64,000 nt of DNA from Cystobasidiomycetes sp. EMM_F5 (GCA_051047955.1 JBPGPT010000006.1:248001-312000); one strand, 5' to 3'; counted from the first letter of the stretch, positions 1 through 14,457 are shown. Translations and numbers: made by a program. Notes: generated by a model not told the origin, from the letters alone.

Positions 1-1844
1 TTTCGGTCCGCTCGAGTGCGTGATCAATGAAGATCAAGGTCTGCGGAGGTTCATGCACAATCTCGCTTCCGCATTGCTCAATAATTTGGAGCATGAGCTG
101 AAGTCGCAAAAGAATATGCTTTTGAGTCGAGAAGCTTGAGCTTTTGGACTCCGAAGAAAAACGCTGCATCGTCTTGCTTTCGCCAAGCCACCGAATGAGT
201 AGCTGTACGATGATTTCCTTCCTGGCTAATTGTTTGAGCCAGGACACGAGGAGCTGGGGATTCGGACGTAACTCCAGCATACTATCGCCGAAGCCTCCAA
301 GCTCGTCTGAGCTACCGCTCTCTTTCAGACCCACATAAGCGACACTGCCGCTTTCGGTCCGCCGCCATCGTAGAGCATCTTCCTCCTTGACAACGATACA
401 TAGGGATTCTACGACCTCTTCTTCATCGAGGGTTCTTCCCCACAAATTGAGAAGATTTGCAACAGCTTGACGAAGAAGTGGGTCAGCCTTTGTTTGCTGA
501 ATAAATAGGTACATTGAAAGCAGGCTTGTAACGTTGGGCGTGAGCAGGAAAGCATAATTCGTAGGCGATGGATCGATGTTGGAAACAATGATATTCAGCA
601 TTTCGAGGCGATCCTCAATGTTCTCGGCCTGCAACGTGATGCGCGGCAGTAAATGTTGTCGGACGACATCTGGCAGCGTTTCGATGAGGCGAGAGATGCA
701 GAAGCAAAGTGCGCGCAGATATGAGGGAGGCGACGTTTGTCCGCTCGAAGCGGGCTGCAGTATTCCGAGAATGCGTGGAAGTACGAGTGCGTAATAAGCG
801 GTCGTCTCCATATGGGTCGGTGGCGTTATGATAAGTCTGGCAACCTGTTCAAGCTGTTGCATCTGTGGCTCGCCTTCGGATCTCCCAAGGAGAACATTCA
901 ACAGCCCCAAAATTCCGCCTGGCCTGATCAGCTGTCGAGACAAGAGGGCAGACACGGCTGAAGGCAGCCAGGTCTTTTCAGAAACCTTTCTGCTAGCGCT
1001 CGAGGAGGATAGTAAAGCGAAGAGAGCAGCCATGGCTGTCGAAGGCGGGATGCTGTACCATCAATCGTATTAGTTCCATCCTCCTCGTTGCATTTTACCA
1101 TTCCACTTACGTCCAGAGTAAACGGTCAATAGCATCCCTGGCGATGCATCCCGTCCTTTGGAGCTGCAAAATCGCTGCCAGTGTTGGAAGTAACAGATGC
1201 GGTAGTGTAACAGTCTGCAGTTCCACAGCCCAGAAAGCGTTGGCTTCGTTTCGATCCTCGGCTGGCCGTACGAGGATCATCAGTGCGCTTTCAGCGAAGT
1301 ACCGTAGTAGCGTATTCCGTTTCTCATCCGTGTCATCTTCTTTCAGTGTGACGATGCGTTGCTCTTTGTCCTGCATGTCCGGCGGCAGGATGCCATGATC
1401 AATTACGCTAGCAGTTCCCCAGCGTGCCATGATGGATGCCAATGTCTGTATGACGTTAACGTCCCTCATTCCAAAGGTCGGCGCAGCTTGAATTGCCTTG
1501 GAAGTAGAAGGCTTGTTTGCCGACATGGCCTTGTCCTCCTGTTCGCATTTCTGCAATTGCAGCAGAATGTACAACGCGGCCACTGCGGTCAAGAGTTGCA
1601 GCTGCTTCTCGTCAGCCGCTGAGATTGTCGTACTCTCGCTCGTATGCGTGATCCTCTTCACGGTCTCGTCTTCCATCCAGCCTGGAACCGCATCGCTGAA
1701 TATCGCAAGCCGGAATCGCAAGATGTCAGCAAGCTTCGCTGGAGGATTGCCATTGCTTTGCAGTAGTCTATTAGGAGGTTTCGATGTCCCAGCGAGATAC
1801 GAAGCGGCTTGCAAGGTTTCCTTCAGGTTTGGCAGAGTCGTCAT
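1..1844 (-). CDS. RTP1: RNA polymerase II assembly/nuclear import factor Rtp1 (TANGO6 family), 5' part; gene runs off the window start
   Basis: ORF 1844..1107, then an intron and a further open frame to base 1 (…HILLRLQLMLQIIEQCGSEIVHEPPQTLIFIDHALER). The helical-repeat character and the FGMRD…QTL motif resemble fungal Rtp1 as I recall it. Confidence 0.6.
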
Positions 1845-1997
1845 GAGACATCGAGTCGATAGCCTCTCTAGGCGCGGAGACCTTTAATGGCAACAACAAC
1901 AATTATACGAGGATCAATACTACTGCGGACACAATATGCGAATGGATGATGCTGGCTCCTGCCCGAATGATGGTTGTGCGCGCCGTCCTCTCTCCTA

Positions 1998-3239
1998 TCA
2001 CTTACTCTTACTCTTGTCACTTATCGAGTAGTTGCCATATCTGCAGCCCAGCGGTATCAGCACGACGAGCTGCGGTAACACATTAGTCTGAACCTACTTC
2101 TTCTCCGGATCAAACACTTCCCATCGACTCGAGGGAAAGACGTGCTTGTTCCGGTTGTACCACCCTCTTTCGACAATCTTGCCAGCATGAGACTCGTTCT
2201 TCTCGACCGTAGCGTCGTGCGTTAAGCGGACATCTTCGTGAACATCAAAGCTGAAGAGTGGTCCTGACTTTCCTCTGGCTTTCGATACTATAAAGTCGTA
2301 AAAAGTATAGTGCTAAGGACGAGCGACTTAAGCCAGATTCTGCTAGGCCACCAGTCTGGCACTTACATGCGGTATGATGAGATCTTCTTTCTGGAGTGCC
2401 ATATGCAATAGTGTCAGTGAATTACCGAAGCTGAGGGTGCAGAGCACGTACAATGTACATCAGGTTGTCCACGCTCGTTCCCCTCAATTCTGGGAAATCA
2501 GCTCTAGCCTTGTCCAGGAAACCCGCTATCGAATCGCCCTTCTTGCACTACAGGATACCTGGAGGTAAGCGTATGTACAGCCGCCGTATGATTCCCCCTC
2601 ACGGTCACAACAGTGCGATGCCCTGACCCATCCCAGTACGAGCATACAATGTCGATGTCTTGTTTCTTGGTCTCTTCCTGGTCCCGCAGGTATTGTTGGC
2701 GCAACTCCTCCCGAACAAGACGCTCTTTCTCCTCCCGTTCTCGATCCGGCAAGAACGTCGTATCAACACTAGGGTTCTTGCCAAACTTCGCCCGCTTGGC
2801 TGCGCGGGCTTTGCGGTTGTCAGTCATGTGAACATCCGCATGTACCGTAAGAATCACCTTCTCCATCACATTTGGATTCTCCCTCTTCTTCACCCTCTTC
2901 GTCGCCAAAGGAGAGCGTCTTTATCTTCTTGTCCTTCTTCTTTTTGCGCTTCTTCTCCTCCTTCTCCAATTCATTCGTCTGTGCGGCTTTCCGTCTGTTT
3001 TCCTCTTCGAGCTGCTCTCTGACGCGCTTGAAGTCTTCTGCATTGACCAGACCGATTGTGCTCTTCAATAGCCGTTCTTGCATACCGTCGGTTGTCTTGA
3101 TGAAGCGGTCAGCGCTCGTATGATCGCGCTCGCTTGCGGCCTGAAGCTTTTCCCTCTGTGTGGCATAGTCGGCCAGCATCTCTTGTCGCTTGCGTTCAAG
3201 CACCTCCTGCCGCTTCTTTTCGCTGGCCGAGGAGGACAT
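1998..3239 (-). CDS. XAP5: XAP5/FAM50 family nuclear protein (multi-exon)
   Basis: Motifs [76 protein letters not shown]. Confidence 0.93.
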
Positions 3240-3475
3240 GATGTTGGGTTTATTATAGCTGGAACGAAAAGAGGCTGTCTGTGAATTGGATGGGGTTGTT
3301 GGAAAGGGTCAGATGTAGAACAGAATAGTAATGGTATGAATTAGCAGCTTTGGTGACAGCGCAAGGGCTGCCAGGTCGTGAATGGCATCCAATGTTTCGA
3401 TCATTGATCTTGGATGGCGGCTTGCAATATCCTCGACACTTATACTTCTGTCTACAATCTCGTATCTATCCCAAC

Positions 3476-4042
3476 ATGGTCAACATACTCGGCGTCAGCT
3501 TGCCAGACAGGCAGCTAGTCAAGGTAGGATTTGGCAAGGATATATCAAATTGTAATTGAACTGACACCTCGTGAACATCATTAATGCATCTCAAGATTGC
3601 ACTTACTGCATTCCAAGGCATCGGCCACAGCACAGCTCGATTAATCTGCGCCCGTTTGACTCTGCACGACCGGCTTGCAGTCGCCGACCTCAGCGAACCT
3701 CAGATCAACCAGCTTTCCGCCCTGCTTTCCTCGCCAACTACCTTTATGGGATCTGCTCCATCGACATCTCCAGAGTCCTCGCCTACCGTCAGAGAAGTCC
3801 GGGAGCATGGACGCCTGGCCAATCTGCGGATAGAAAGTGATTTGCGCCGGCAGGTCAAGGAGGATATCGCGCATCATCGCTCTGTTGGAAGCTACAGAGG
3901 TAGACGGCATGCCATGGGCTTGCCAGTGCGAGGTCAGCGTACTCAGACAAACGCCAAAACTGCAAAGAAGATGAACAGAGTCGAGCGGAGAGCTTTCTCT
4001 ACGGCTATAGCTACATCGAATGAGCGGATACGAGATGGGTAA
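3476..4042 (+). CDS. SWS2: Mitochondrial ribosomal protein uS13m (2+ exons; 3' end uncertain)
   Basis: MVNILGVSLPDRQLVK|IALTAFQGIG…GSYRGRRHAMGLPVRGQRTQTNAKTA, the S13 signature. Confidence 0.92.
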
Positions 4043-4291
4043 TTTAGACTCGATGATAGATATTACTACCTTCTACTGATATTCTAAGCGCAGTCCTGCG
4101 CATATCTACCGGTCGACGACGAGTTTATACCACACAGTCCGGTGGCGATACAGAGCGTTGATGTCCGCGCCGTGACGCCAAGTCGAGAGTCCTACTGTGC
4201 TGTGTAGTTTTTGACAGAAATGTACACGTCCAGATAGCTATTCCGCCTGGCATTTTGGGTTTTCTTGTTGTGTATAGTATGCCGAACAATT

Positions 4292-5260
4292 TCAGGTAGC
4301 GTGCTGCTTTAGGCTGTACAGATCCACCACTAGCTGCACGATGTCTGTCCACTCAGTCATCGCTCCTATGCCTAACAGGTCGAGTGCATCAAGTCAGCAA
4401 GCCGTATCAAGCTTCAAAAATAACAAGCGACGTCACTTGCCTACATCACCGCAAGCCAGGACTTTGCCGATAGGGCCCACCACGTTATAGCCTAGCGTAT
4501 CCGTTAATGTCTTGAGCTGCGGCACTGTAAGCGGATGCTCAAACATGAAGGTGTTCATGGCGGGGAAGACGTAGACTTTAGTACGATGGGCATCGAGAGC
4601 TCGCATCATGCTCAGTAGGAGGTTGTCGCAGATGCCAGCGCAGAGCTTGGCCAACGTGTTTGCAGAGCAGGGTGCTATAAGGACAACGTCTGCCCATCGT
4701 CGAAGCTGTGGAGAACATGGTTAGTGGCAGTCAACTGTCCGATGGGTCACTGCACATACCTCGATGTGGAGGATGGGATCTCCGACTTTGTGCCAGGTCT
4801 TGAATACACGACAGAAGGTGAGTGCGACGAAGCGGGGGGGTTTTGAGTTCGGCTTCCACATACGGACCATTCATTCTTGTCGCGCCAGACATGGACGTTG
4901 CGTCCTCTTGCGTGCGCCTTGTCTTGTATCTCTTCTGGTGAATAGAAGGCAAGAGATGATTCTGTCGCTACGACTTGGACTTCCACATTGGCATACTATT
5001 ATTTGACAGATTGATAAGCAGAGTGGTCAAGAGTCGTCAATGAATGATGTGAGCTGGATACACGACTGCTCTTAAGTACAAGAACCAACATTGAGGAGCT
5101 TCTCTACAATGAGAGGAGCCTTGATGCTGGCGACACTCCCGCTCGTCGCCAACAGAACATGCAGCGGCCGTTGTGGATATTGGACGCTTTCTGATATCGA
5201 GCTAGACGGGAGGTTGAAGGCGGATGGCTTGAAGGGCTCTTCTGCAGTCGCATCACTCAT
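4292..5260 (-). CDS. Phosphopantothenoylcysteine decarboxylase (HFCD flavoprotein, Hal3/Cab3 family), multi-exon
   Basis: LLATSGSVASIK, ILHIELRRWADVVLIAPCSANTLAK, PAMNTFM, LACGDVG…GAM motifs. Confidence 0.93.
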
Positions 5261-5443
5261 GTAAATGGCATTGAATCCGGTTGGTGGTAACGATATCTTC
5301 ATAGTTCATATTTACGCCACCTGCCGCTTCCATACACGCGTGGAGCACTTGACGCACATAACAGTAAAGTTACATCAGGCTCACCAATCTTCTCTACGTC
5401 TAATGGTTTCAACAACAATTTCCGTGACAATCATGCGTCTACT

Positions 5444-6881
5444 TCACGGCAGAGTACATACTTCCCTACGTTCGCGTACAAAATCTTCGTATATTCTGTG
5501 CCACACCTTGCACCCATCATCCTCTTCGTTCCAGCAGCTTCCCATGGGTCGGTCATCAAGCCACGGCTTTGGTCTCGGCCAGCTAAAGTAGTCCCATCAG
5601 CTTGCAATCCCATTCGACAGTCAAACAATGGCTCAGAGGAGACTCACTCTGAAAAGTGCAGGTACACTAGATCCCTGTATTCCTGCCACGGATTCCAGTC
5701 GTCTTTTGAAACCTTCTCTCGCAAATAATGATGATGCTCCTGGTGGGCAAATTCGCCAGACGCGACAAAATAGTGACGATGTGGCAGAATGGTTGCCCAG
5801 CCTTGCGCCATGCGATTGACAAACTCCATATCTGCAGTTTCGCCCTCGTGGGCATTAGCATGGCCTGGGAACATTTCGACGAGCTCGTTGTAGAGTTTTT
5901 GTGATGGCTCGATAACCATAAGAGCTGATGTGAGCCAGTCCCTCTCGCTGTGCTTGAGCGTCCCGACGGTCGTATCGTCGGGCTGATCGCCAATCCAGTA
6001 TGCTCGGGGCAGCGCAAGAGGTGCAGGAGGGAGATGGAAGAGATCATCCAGATTTTTGTATATTATTGCGTCACTGTCGAGGTGAATGATCCGGTCGTAC
6101 TCGGTAAGGTTGAACGTGTAGAGTTTGTTGTTTACGAATCGATACCACGAGTCCGCTTCCCATGTGGCAACAACGTCCAAGGGATGCAGTGTCACGTTGA
6201 AGTTTATGGCTTGCTGTATGTAGTATTGGACTTGTGAACTGGGAGCTCTGTATGTTTCCTGCGATGAAGGCTGACATTGAGTCTGCAGTCAAGTAGGTGT
6301 GAAATAGGTCTATGGTGACTTACTGGATTGCGAGGATCCCATTCACGAGGAAAGGTGAGGACGAGCTCGGCTGTCGTATTGAACTTGCGCAGCCTTGAAA
6401 ACATCATTATCGAATTGCACAGGTATGGTCTGTTGTTTGCGATTGGATATTTGACGTTGAGTCTTTGTATACTAATGACATAGCTTGTTGCTACTCACTC
6501 ATCCATTGCGTACTGCACGTATGCGAATTTGGGAGCTGCTGCATGGCTTCCACCCTCCTTTTGGACAAAAGGCGAAAGCGACAGCGTCCCCGAATTGTCG
6601 GCCGAGGAGGACGATGAAGCATTGTACCATTGCTGGACAGTCGACAGACGGAATATGCAAACGAGCAGGGCGCATCCAATTACTCCGCTGAGTAGGTTTG
6701 AGAGGTGTGATCTCCTTCGCCATTTGTACGCTTCGTTGCTTGCATCGCTTAACTTTCCGGCAGCAGGACCCTTTTCGAGAAAGGACGCGTCTTCGTCCAT
6801 GTCTTCGTATGGAAGATCGCCATTGCCTCCTGTCAGAGTCTCCTGCGAGCCCAGCTCGACATCCAGGGATCTGTACGACAT
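5444..6881 (-). CDS. GNT1: Glycosyltransferase family 8, type II membrane (GNT1-like glucose N-acetyltransferase), multi-exon
   Basis: N-terminal TM segment; FAYVQYA, YLCNSIMMF, KLYTFNLTEYDRIIHLDSD (DxD), HFS-D…PKPW. Confidence 0.8.
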
Positions 6882-6995
6882 TATCTATTTACTCGGCGTG
6901 TGTTGCCGAACACGCGTTCAAAGGCAGGGGACGAGGGGTATCGCAGTTCACTGTAGACGGTCGTCATAAAGTCGACCAGCGCAGAGTCAGCGGTG

Positions 6996-7016
6996 CAGTC
7001 AGTCAGTCAGTCAGTC
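6996..7016. repeat. (CAGT)5 microsatellite upstream of the GT8 gene
   Basis: cagtcagtcagtcagtcagtc is read directly. Confidence 0.85.
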
Positions 7017-7485
7017 CATAGCTTCCCCACGCTGCATTCCACTTTGTCGCGTCTTGAAATGGAATGCGGCGGTGCCTGGGCCACGCAAACAGGACTTGAT
7101 CCGGACATGGGACAGCTGTCAGGGTTTGGGTGGTTCAAGTGCACCCATACAGTACTGTACATAGAAGCAGTAGCAATAACAGTCTGTATACGCATACGCA
7201 TGGGTTGTATGTTATATATCCACGACATTGCTGATAGTCGGCCATCGAAGTAATCCAGGACAATCACTCGCACAGCATTCATATATCCTGATATGCATAT
7301 GGCAGCTCCAGAGCATTGCAGAATTGAGTAAACATCGTCTGAACCACCCTGCTGGTCTTCCAAAGGACTGCCGCATCACTCCAGCTGATCGGCCAGTCAC
7401 TGTTTACGCTACTCTGTGACCCGCCAACAACCAACCATGCTCGGATATGACTATCATCTGATTGACTGAACTTCAACTATGAGTA

Positions 7486-10400
7486 ATGTCCGGGCTGCGC
7501 AGACTGCCGAAATCGCAGTCTCAAAAGTCGCTGCTCGCGGCAATAGACTCGCCCGAACAGCTCCAGAGCATATTTGCAGATTTGAGCAACGCCAGGCCAG
7601 GGCGAGGCGGAGAGGGTTATGATGGGGGTGCAGGCGACGACGAGGATCAAGTCGGTCATCTCAGATCGGTCGTCGACAGCCTAGAGACCAAGCTCCAAGT
7701 CAGTGCTCAACTCGGACTGGCACTGCTCGAACGCAAGGAACAGCTGGCAGAGGCAAACAGGGCACTCGAAGCAAAGAATAGAGAGCTAGAAGCTGGGTTG
7801 AATCAGTTGCTGGATCGTCTGGCCACGGCGTACCGCGAGAATGCCCAAGTCATCAAGGTGATTTGTTGTTGCACTGTCCATTGACGACATGACATCCACG
7901 CGTCACTGAATGCTATTCTATTCATCCTCAGCGAGCTGAAAGGGCTCAAGCAAACCTGGACGCTTCCGAAGCATCAAACCGCCAATTGTTGATTACACTC
8001 GAAGAAGACCGAAAGGCGATTCGTCGACTAAGCGCAAGCAATGCAAGGCACGGCGACAAGAAAGCAATGTTTCATCAAATGGAAGACTTGCAGTACGAAC
8101 TCGAGACGGAGCGGCGTAGGTCGACCGCGGCTGAAGCTAGGGAACGAAAGGCGGCAATGAGACTGTGTAGGCTACTAGTACGGTTAGCGTGTGCATATCG
8201 TGCTGAGTCTTAGTTGCCAAGCTCATCTGGACGAAACGCAAGCGAGATTAGAAAAGGGAGATGCCACACGTCTGCCTTCGAGCGTTATCAACTATGGGCG
8301 TACCCGCCAACGGCCAGCATCTGTGAATGTGAGTAAACGACGTACGATTATCTTGTTTCAGATGACTCACACACTTGTACGCGGGAAACAGCTCGGTCGG
8401 ATCTCCACCTTTTCCGACAATTTATACGATTCTTCAAGATTAGGAACGTCGCCACGATCTTCTTCATCCGCGGTATCGCAATGGCAGGACCTGCTCAAGA
8501 GGGAGCCCAACCTGCTCAACAATGATCAGCCACCTGATGCGCACGTGCGAAATATGTCTGCTGTAGAAGAGGAAGCTGATGATGGCAGTCACGAATCAAC
8601 CGCCAGTCAAGTGGGTCCTTCAAATGGTAGTACGGACATGGAGCATACGGCATCAAGAAGAACCAGTGCGACTAGCGAGTGGCAGGGTCCGTCGTCTGTA
8701 CGCGTAGGCAGTATCACCAAGTTACCGCCGGGCATCTCGGCGGCAGATGGCAGTCATCTGCCAGAATCAGGACAGTTTAATCAACGACGACGAAGTATAA
8801 GGATGGGTAACGAGCTACCTGTACGACGAGTCGGCGATCGGGCTATGAGTGTTGACTTTTCTAGCTGGTCACACAGGAGGGTGAGCGTAGATAGCACAAG
8901 TACACCTTTCTGTTCTCTCAGGCCTCTGACACTCGAGTCAAATAATAGGATAATGAAAATGCCGGCTTTGCATTCGGATGGCAACGACCTCTTTCACCGA
9001 CCACTGACGGACGGAGTACCTCGCCGAACGCCCTCAGACCCTTGGCGCTTGGATCATCCTGTAGCAGCGTATCGCCATCATTGAGAGGATCACCACTGTT
9101 ACCTCCGGCAGCTCAGATGCCCGAAGATGACGATAACGATGTTTCAGAAGGACCCACCATCCTCGAAATAGGACCTTCACCTATAAAATTGCCCAGCCAC
9201 GAGCCGAATGCAGGTTATGCAGGAGAATCTCCTATAAAACTCCGTCAATCCCACCGACAGTTACTTCGAAGCTCGCAATCGAGAGATGTAGCCGTGCAGA
9301 CTGATGAAGATGTAGAGAAGCAAACTTCGACAGCTGGTGAGATATTAGCGAAAGACTTTTACCAGTCATCAGTCGTCTCGTCGGACATCCCTTCGGATCA
9401 CCACTTCGGTGGTTCATTGTCAGCTTCCAACAGCCTCGCACAGGAGCTGGCAGCACACGCTCAACAGAGCAAATCGCCGTCCCTTACTCGATTGATGGAA
9501 CACGTCACTAAATTAGTCAGCAAGTTGCAGACTGCAGATTTGCATTCGCTTGAGCTACGACTCAAGCGACATAACCTCCCTGGCGATGTAAATCACCTCG
9601 CTCGGACTACCATGCGAGATCTTGTAAGCTGCTCTCGTCGCCAAGTGGTTTGGCACGACTAATGGTCATGACCAGCTCAACGAAGTCGAACAGCTTCGCG
9701 AGCATTCAAGGCAGATGCTGCAGCAGAATAACACCGCCAAGCCGGCTGCTTCTCATGGCTCATCAGACCAAACAGTGGAAAGCCTTGTATCAAGAAGAGA
9801 TTTTTTTGCTCTCGTAAAGGTCTTCAGGGATACTTTGAGCGAACTTGGCAAGCTGCGGACAATACTGAATCGCGTGCAACTGGAACCAGCTCTCTTGCCG
9901 AAAATCAAAGAAATGGAATCTTTGCCGACCCTCACAGAGTTGATCAACTATGTACCTGCCACGGCGTTCGATAAGTCTGCCGCAGCGACCTTGCTCGCAC
10001 CCCTTTCCCGCCTCTTCTATGGCAGCGAGACCGCGGCATCGCCTGGGCCTTCTGCTCCTGCGCAGCGTCCACCAATGCCGCAGAGTAGATCGACATCTGC
10101 AAGATTAGCACCAAAGATCGGAGCATCAAGCGCATTGGCGCCCGCCAATGTCAACGTGCAATTTGGAGGTCCTGGAGGTATGCGACGTCAGGTTTCCATG
10201 ATGCCCGGCGCTAGCTCTGGGGGACTGTCAGATCGATACAAACGCGATGCGGCTCGAGATCTGGGCAGCATCTTTGCAGGTGGAGCAAGCTATCGCACTA
10301 ATTCTGCGGAGCCCTGGACTGTTGTTGGCAGGGATCGTTATAAGCCCAGCGCAGCCCCCAATACTCGTCAGACCATGTCACAGAATGTTGATGCTGTGAT

Positions 10401-11004
10401 TGACGGCAATATACATAACGATGGTGAAGACTTTCACCCTAATCTTTTGGAGAGAACGCTCCGCCCTCGTGGTCTCTCCGATTCCTCTATTCATTCGACT
10501 TTCATGGCACACGCCAATCCGGGCACTCGTCTCTTGACCCCTGCAGCTTTGGCTCTATCCGCTGCCTCGCCAACGACTCTGGAAAACGACCGAACCCTGC
10601 GCGCGAAATCCTCGACGACACCACGACCGTCTCTGCTCGGCGCGGCCGGCAACCAACTTCGCAAGATATCAGGCGGCTTGCCCTCGCCGGGTATTATGCC
10701 TGCTCATGGAGTCCCTAGCCAATCTCTACCGACGCCTCCAATGGTGTCAGTCGATGATGTTCCTGCCGCTGCTGCATCTATGCCGCTGCCCATCCCATCC
10801 AGCGGCGAGACACACGATGCAATACCCACGCAAGTATCTCGAAGTGCAGCCAAGGGCGGCTTTGTTGCCAGTCTCGGCGCTTGGGCGACTAAAGCGGGTG
10901 GCATCGCTAGCAGCTACAGCGACAGTTCGGAAACGTGGCAGAAGCAACACCGCAGTGTGGTGCCTACAGCCAAACGCAAAACTACGCGCGAACCGGAAGT
11001 ATGA
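7486..11004 (+). CDS. Large hypothetical coiled-coil/Ser-Pro-rich protein (multi-exon)
   Basis: Successive + ORFs 7486, 7986, 8191, 9042 and 9715 joined by GT-AG introns. N-terminal heptads (LQVSAQLGLALLER…); late motif NLLERTLRPRGLSDSSIHSTF. Confidence 0.7.
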
Positions 11005-11653
11005 CGATGGTTCTGTCCATCTCCCTGGATGAGACAACCGATGATGCCGATTATGATGTTTTCAGTCTTGTTGTTGCATGTTTATAATGAATCACAGCCT
11101 ACAACAACCTCCGACAGAGCTGTCACTGCCGGAGAGCTCGAAGAGCGGACGTTCAGCCAAGTCATGACTTTGCATCGACAGCCTCGAGCTCGGGTCGAGG
11201 CCAATTTCGAGAAGAACGACCCTTGAGACACCTTCCCACCAAAATTTCGGCAGACTGAGCTGCGAATGAAATTCTTATGCGCCATTCCAGGGTGTGCAGC
11301 CTGTCGCAGTCCAACTGCTATTTTATTCTTCTTTCATGTCTACATCTGGGATATCGATGGCAGGCACATTTTTGGAAGGAGCTACGTATACAGGGCCGCT
11401 GCACGCAAAAGAGATCTTATGTCTGCATCCGGCGATACTACGGCTACCACGCTACTCTAACGGGAATTCAACTAATCTTACTGCATCGGTCAAAGCAGCA
11501 ACTTTCCAGAAGAGCCTGAATTCATTTTGAGCTGATATTCACGCCAGCGAGGGCAAGCCGGCGGGTGTTGTACTGACGTTCCCAGCATACGTAGTGACTC
11601 CATTCTCGTGCAAAGTTGTACGTGACCAGATTATCAGAGCCAGCGTCCGTAAG

Positions 11654-13162
11654 ATGACCGACGCAAGGCATCTTCGGATAGGTCGGAACCTACTGTTGGC
11701 TCTGGTCTTGACAGTCACTGGTGCAGCAGCAGCACCCGCCGGAAGCTTGACATTTCCGCTGGTTACACGAGCCGGCGCCCCGCAGAATCAGACTGATGGC
11801 CTCTTGAACTATTATGATTGGAGGTATGTATCTGAACTGTAATAGCGTGAGTTTCACCTGGATAGCTGACGATTTCGCGCTCCCTTTTCAGATATTATGC
11901 TGTAGCGGAAATTGGCGGACAAAATCTATCCTTCCTCTTAGATACCGGCAGCGCGGATACAACCGTCATTTCAGCTGTATTTCCGCCAAACATGCCGGCT
12001 GTAGCTAATGGATCATTAATCCTCGCACCGCTGTATCGTAACGAGAGCGAAGTTGGCGTGCAGCACCTCAACCGTACCTATGCGGGAAGTTACGGCACTG
12101 GTGTCAATCAGATTCTGGGTGCCATGAACCGTGCCAAGCTGTCCATGCGTGAATCGGGAATTTCCCTTGAAGGTCTCATGTACTACAACCAGTGGCAGCC
12201 GGGCGGGAACGAATTCAGCGCTATGTTTGGTCTCGGCCCGCCATGGGGCTCCCTCATGTTCGGACAGATGCTCTACGCACAAAATGCAACCGGCACTCCC
12301 TTCTCGCCGGACGAAGCCAAGGCCTACTGGCCTTTGGTACCCTTGATGTATCATCAGGGTCAAATAAAGAAGAACATCTTCAGTCTGGTCTTCAATAGAA
12401 TTGGGAACGCAATTGATGCGCAACAGAGACCCAAGCAAAATTATTCCGACATGCCTAGCGGAGGGGGGAGTTTGACATTTGGTGATTACCCGGCAGGTTA
12501 CAAGTAAGCTCAGCATAACAAGCGTGATGGACAGAGCCGAGAAGTGCTGACATTGGCTTTCTACTAGGAATGAGAGCTTTACATGGTTGCCTGTCAGAGG
12601 TATTACATCGGATCCTGGCACTGCTGGGCTGTTGGGAATGCAGACGCCCTATTTGCAAAATAGATGGACCGTCGGATTAGTTGACATCTACTTTAATGGG
12701 CAGCGTCTCAATCGGACGCAAACGGTGAACGGCACCAGCGGAGCTCTGGACCTCCCGGCGGCACTGGATACTGGCAACGCGATAATGCATCTTCAGGGAG
12801 ATGTCATTAGTCAGATTGTCCCAACGGGCGCATATAACTCCAATCCTCAGGGCGCGACCATCCCGTGCAACAGCACCTTTGACTTGGCTTTCGAATTCAG
12901 AACGGTAGATAATACCACAGTTCGTTACACAATGCCGAGAGACGAGGTACTTGTACCGTCTACGCTCGTATACGATAATGATGGCCTTGGAACGCGTGCG
13001 ACACAAGAGTGCCAGTTCATTGCTCAGCCCCGACAACCCTATCCTGGAATATTCTCATTCTTGGGCATGCCAGTCCTGCGGCAATTTGCTTCTGTGTGGG
13101 ATTTTGGAAACATCGACGACCTAACAAAGGGCGTCCCAAAGATTGGCCTAAAGCAGGTGTAA
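11654..13162 (+). CDS. Secreted pepsin-like aspartic protease (family A1), 3 exons
   Basis: Signal peptide (LLLALVLTVTGAAA); two catalytic motifs LLDTGSAD and ALDTGNA; FLGMPVLRQFASVWD. Confidence 0.88.
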
Positions 13163-13368
13163 TTATGTGCTTTTCGTAGGTGTTGAACCACAGTGCAGGC
13201 TACTGGCACGTAACCGTAGCTCAGACGAGATCAGCGGGACAAATGTAAAGGAGGAAGCAAGTTCGCTAGGGCTCTGTCGTATTAGCTCGTACATGAGACA
13301 TTTCCGCATCTCTTTGCACAAATACAACAACAGGGTCAGGAACGTCTAAAAGGCAGCTCGAGAGATAC

Positions 13369-14457
13369 TCAGTGCTTTAGTTTCCGCTTGCTTTTGACGG
13401 TCTCGACTCTCCCTGACTTGGCGATAGAGTTTTCGTCACTCTTCAAAGACCCATGGACAGAAATCATTGAGTTTGCTATTGTCAACCTGTCGGACGGCGA
13501 TGAGCTTACGAAGAGTGAGGGCACGGAACGAGATGGACATACCCTGTTACTGTAAAACTAATTAAGCCATCTGCACCGCCCAGGGGCTCCCTAGTCGCGC
13601 TGTGCACCCAGCAGCCTTGCTCCGCTGCATCGACGAGCTTCGCTTCTCCGTCTTGCGAACCTTCTGTGTCTGTCTCCGGCACCACACTCCCCTCTGCGTG
13701 CGCGTTTGTCGAGCTTTTCCCAAGCATGGACGGAGGTGCCAGCGAGTACGGCAAGGTTGCATCGGGATCCCATTCGTACTCGTCTTGAGGTATTTGTTCC
13801 GCTGTAATGGACGCATTGAAGAGGTTGTGTACGAGCAGCGATACGACAGAGGGTGTAGCCAGTGACAGCTTTCCGGCTGAAGCGAAAATCCAATAAATTA
13901 ATCAGAGAATCTGCGCATTTTCCTGCTGTAAGAACGCACTGCAGCTACTACCAATCTCTGGCCGGAAACCGACGCCCTCCCACTGCACTCGAGCCAGAGC
14001 AAAAGCGGAACTTGGAGCGAGTGGCGCATTATCGTCGAGCAGAGTCGGAGGCCAGGATACTGTAAGCAGAACTGCGTCCAGAGCTGGGACATATCTAAGT
14101 CGACAATGGAGGATTCAATGAGCGATTCGTACTTGACGAAAAATATATTCGGCAGGCCCACCGCATGATCCAGCTTTCGAGAGCTTGACGGACTCCCTCC
14201 ATTGGATCTTCTGCAAAGACGGGCGCCAGAGGCAGCCGCACAGTCGACCGGATGGCTCTGAAGCCGCTGGCGTTGGGCGTTTTCTTCAGAGTCCTGCGCC
14301 TCATTGAAGTGCCATTCGCAGCATCATCGCTTGCAATTTCTGCAGTCGCACCAGTCTCTGAAGTCTGGCCAGCTCTCCGGTTGACCTTTTTGGCCTTGTC
14401 TGGCGATGACAGCACGCCGGTAGCTGGGCGCTTTGCGGGCGTCAGACTCTGCGCCAT
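13369..14457 (-). CDS. RPA43: RNA polymerase I subunit RPA43 (multi-exon)
   Basis: VRLPLAPVF…WIMRYVPALDAVLL, SLLVHNLFNASI, GCWV…ISFTVTG|LTIANSMISVHGSL. Confidence 0.8.
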
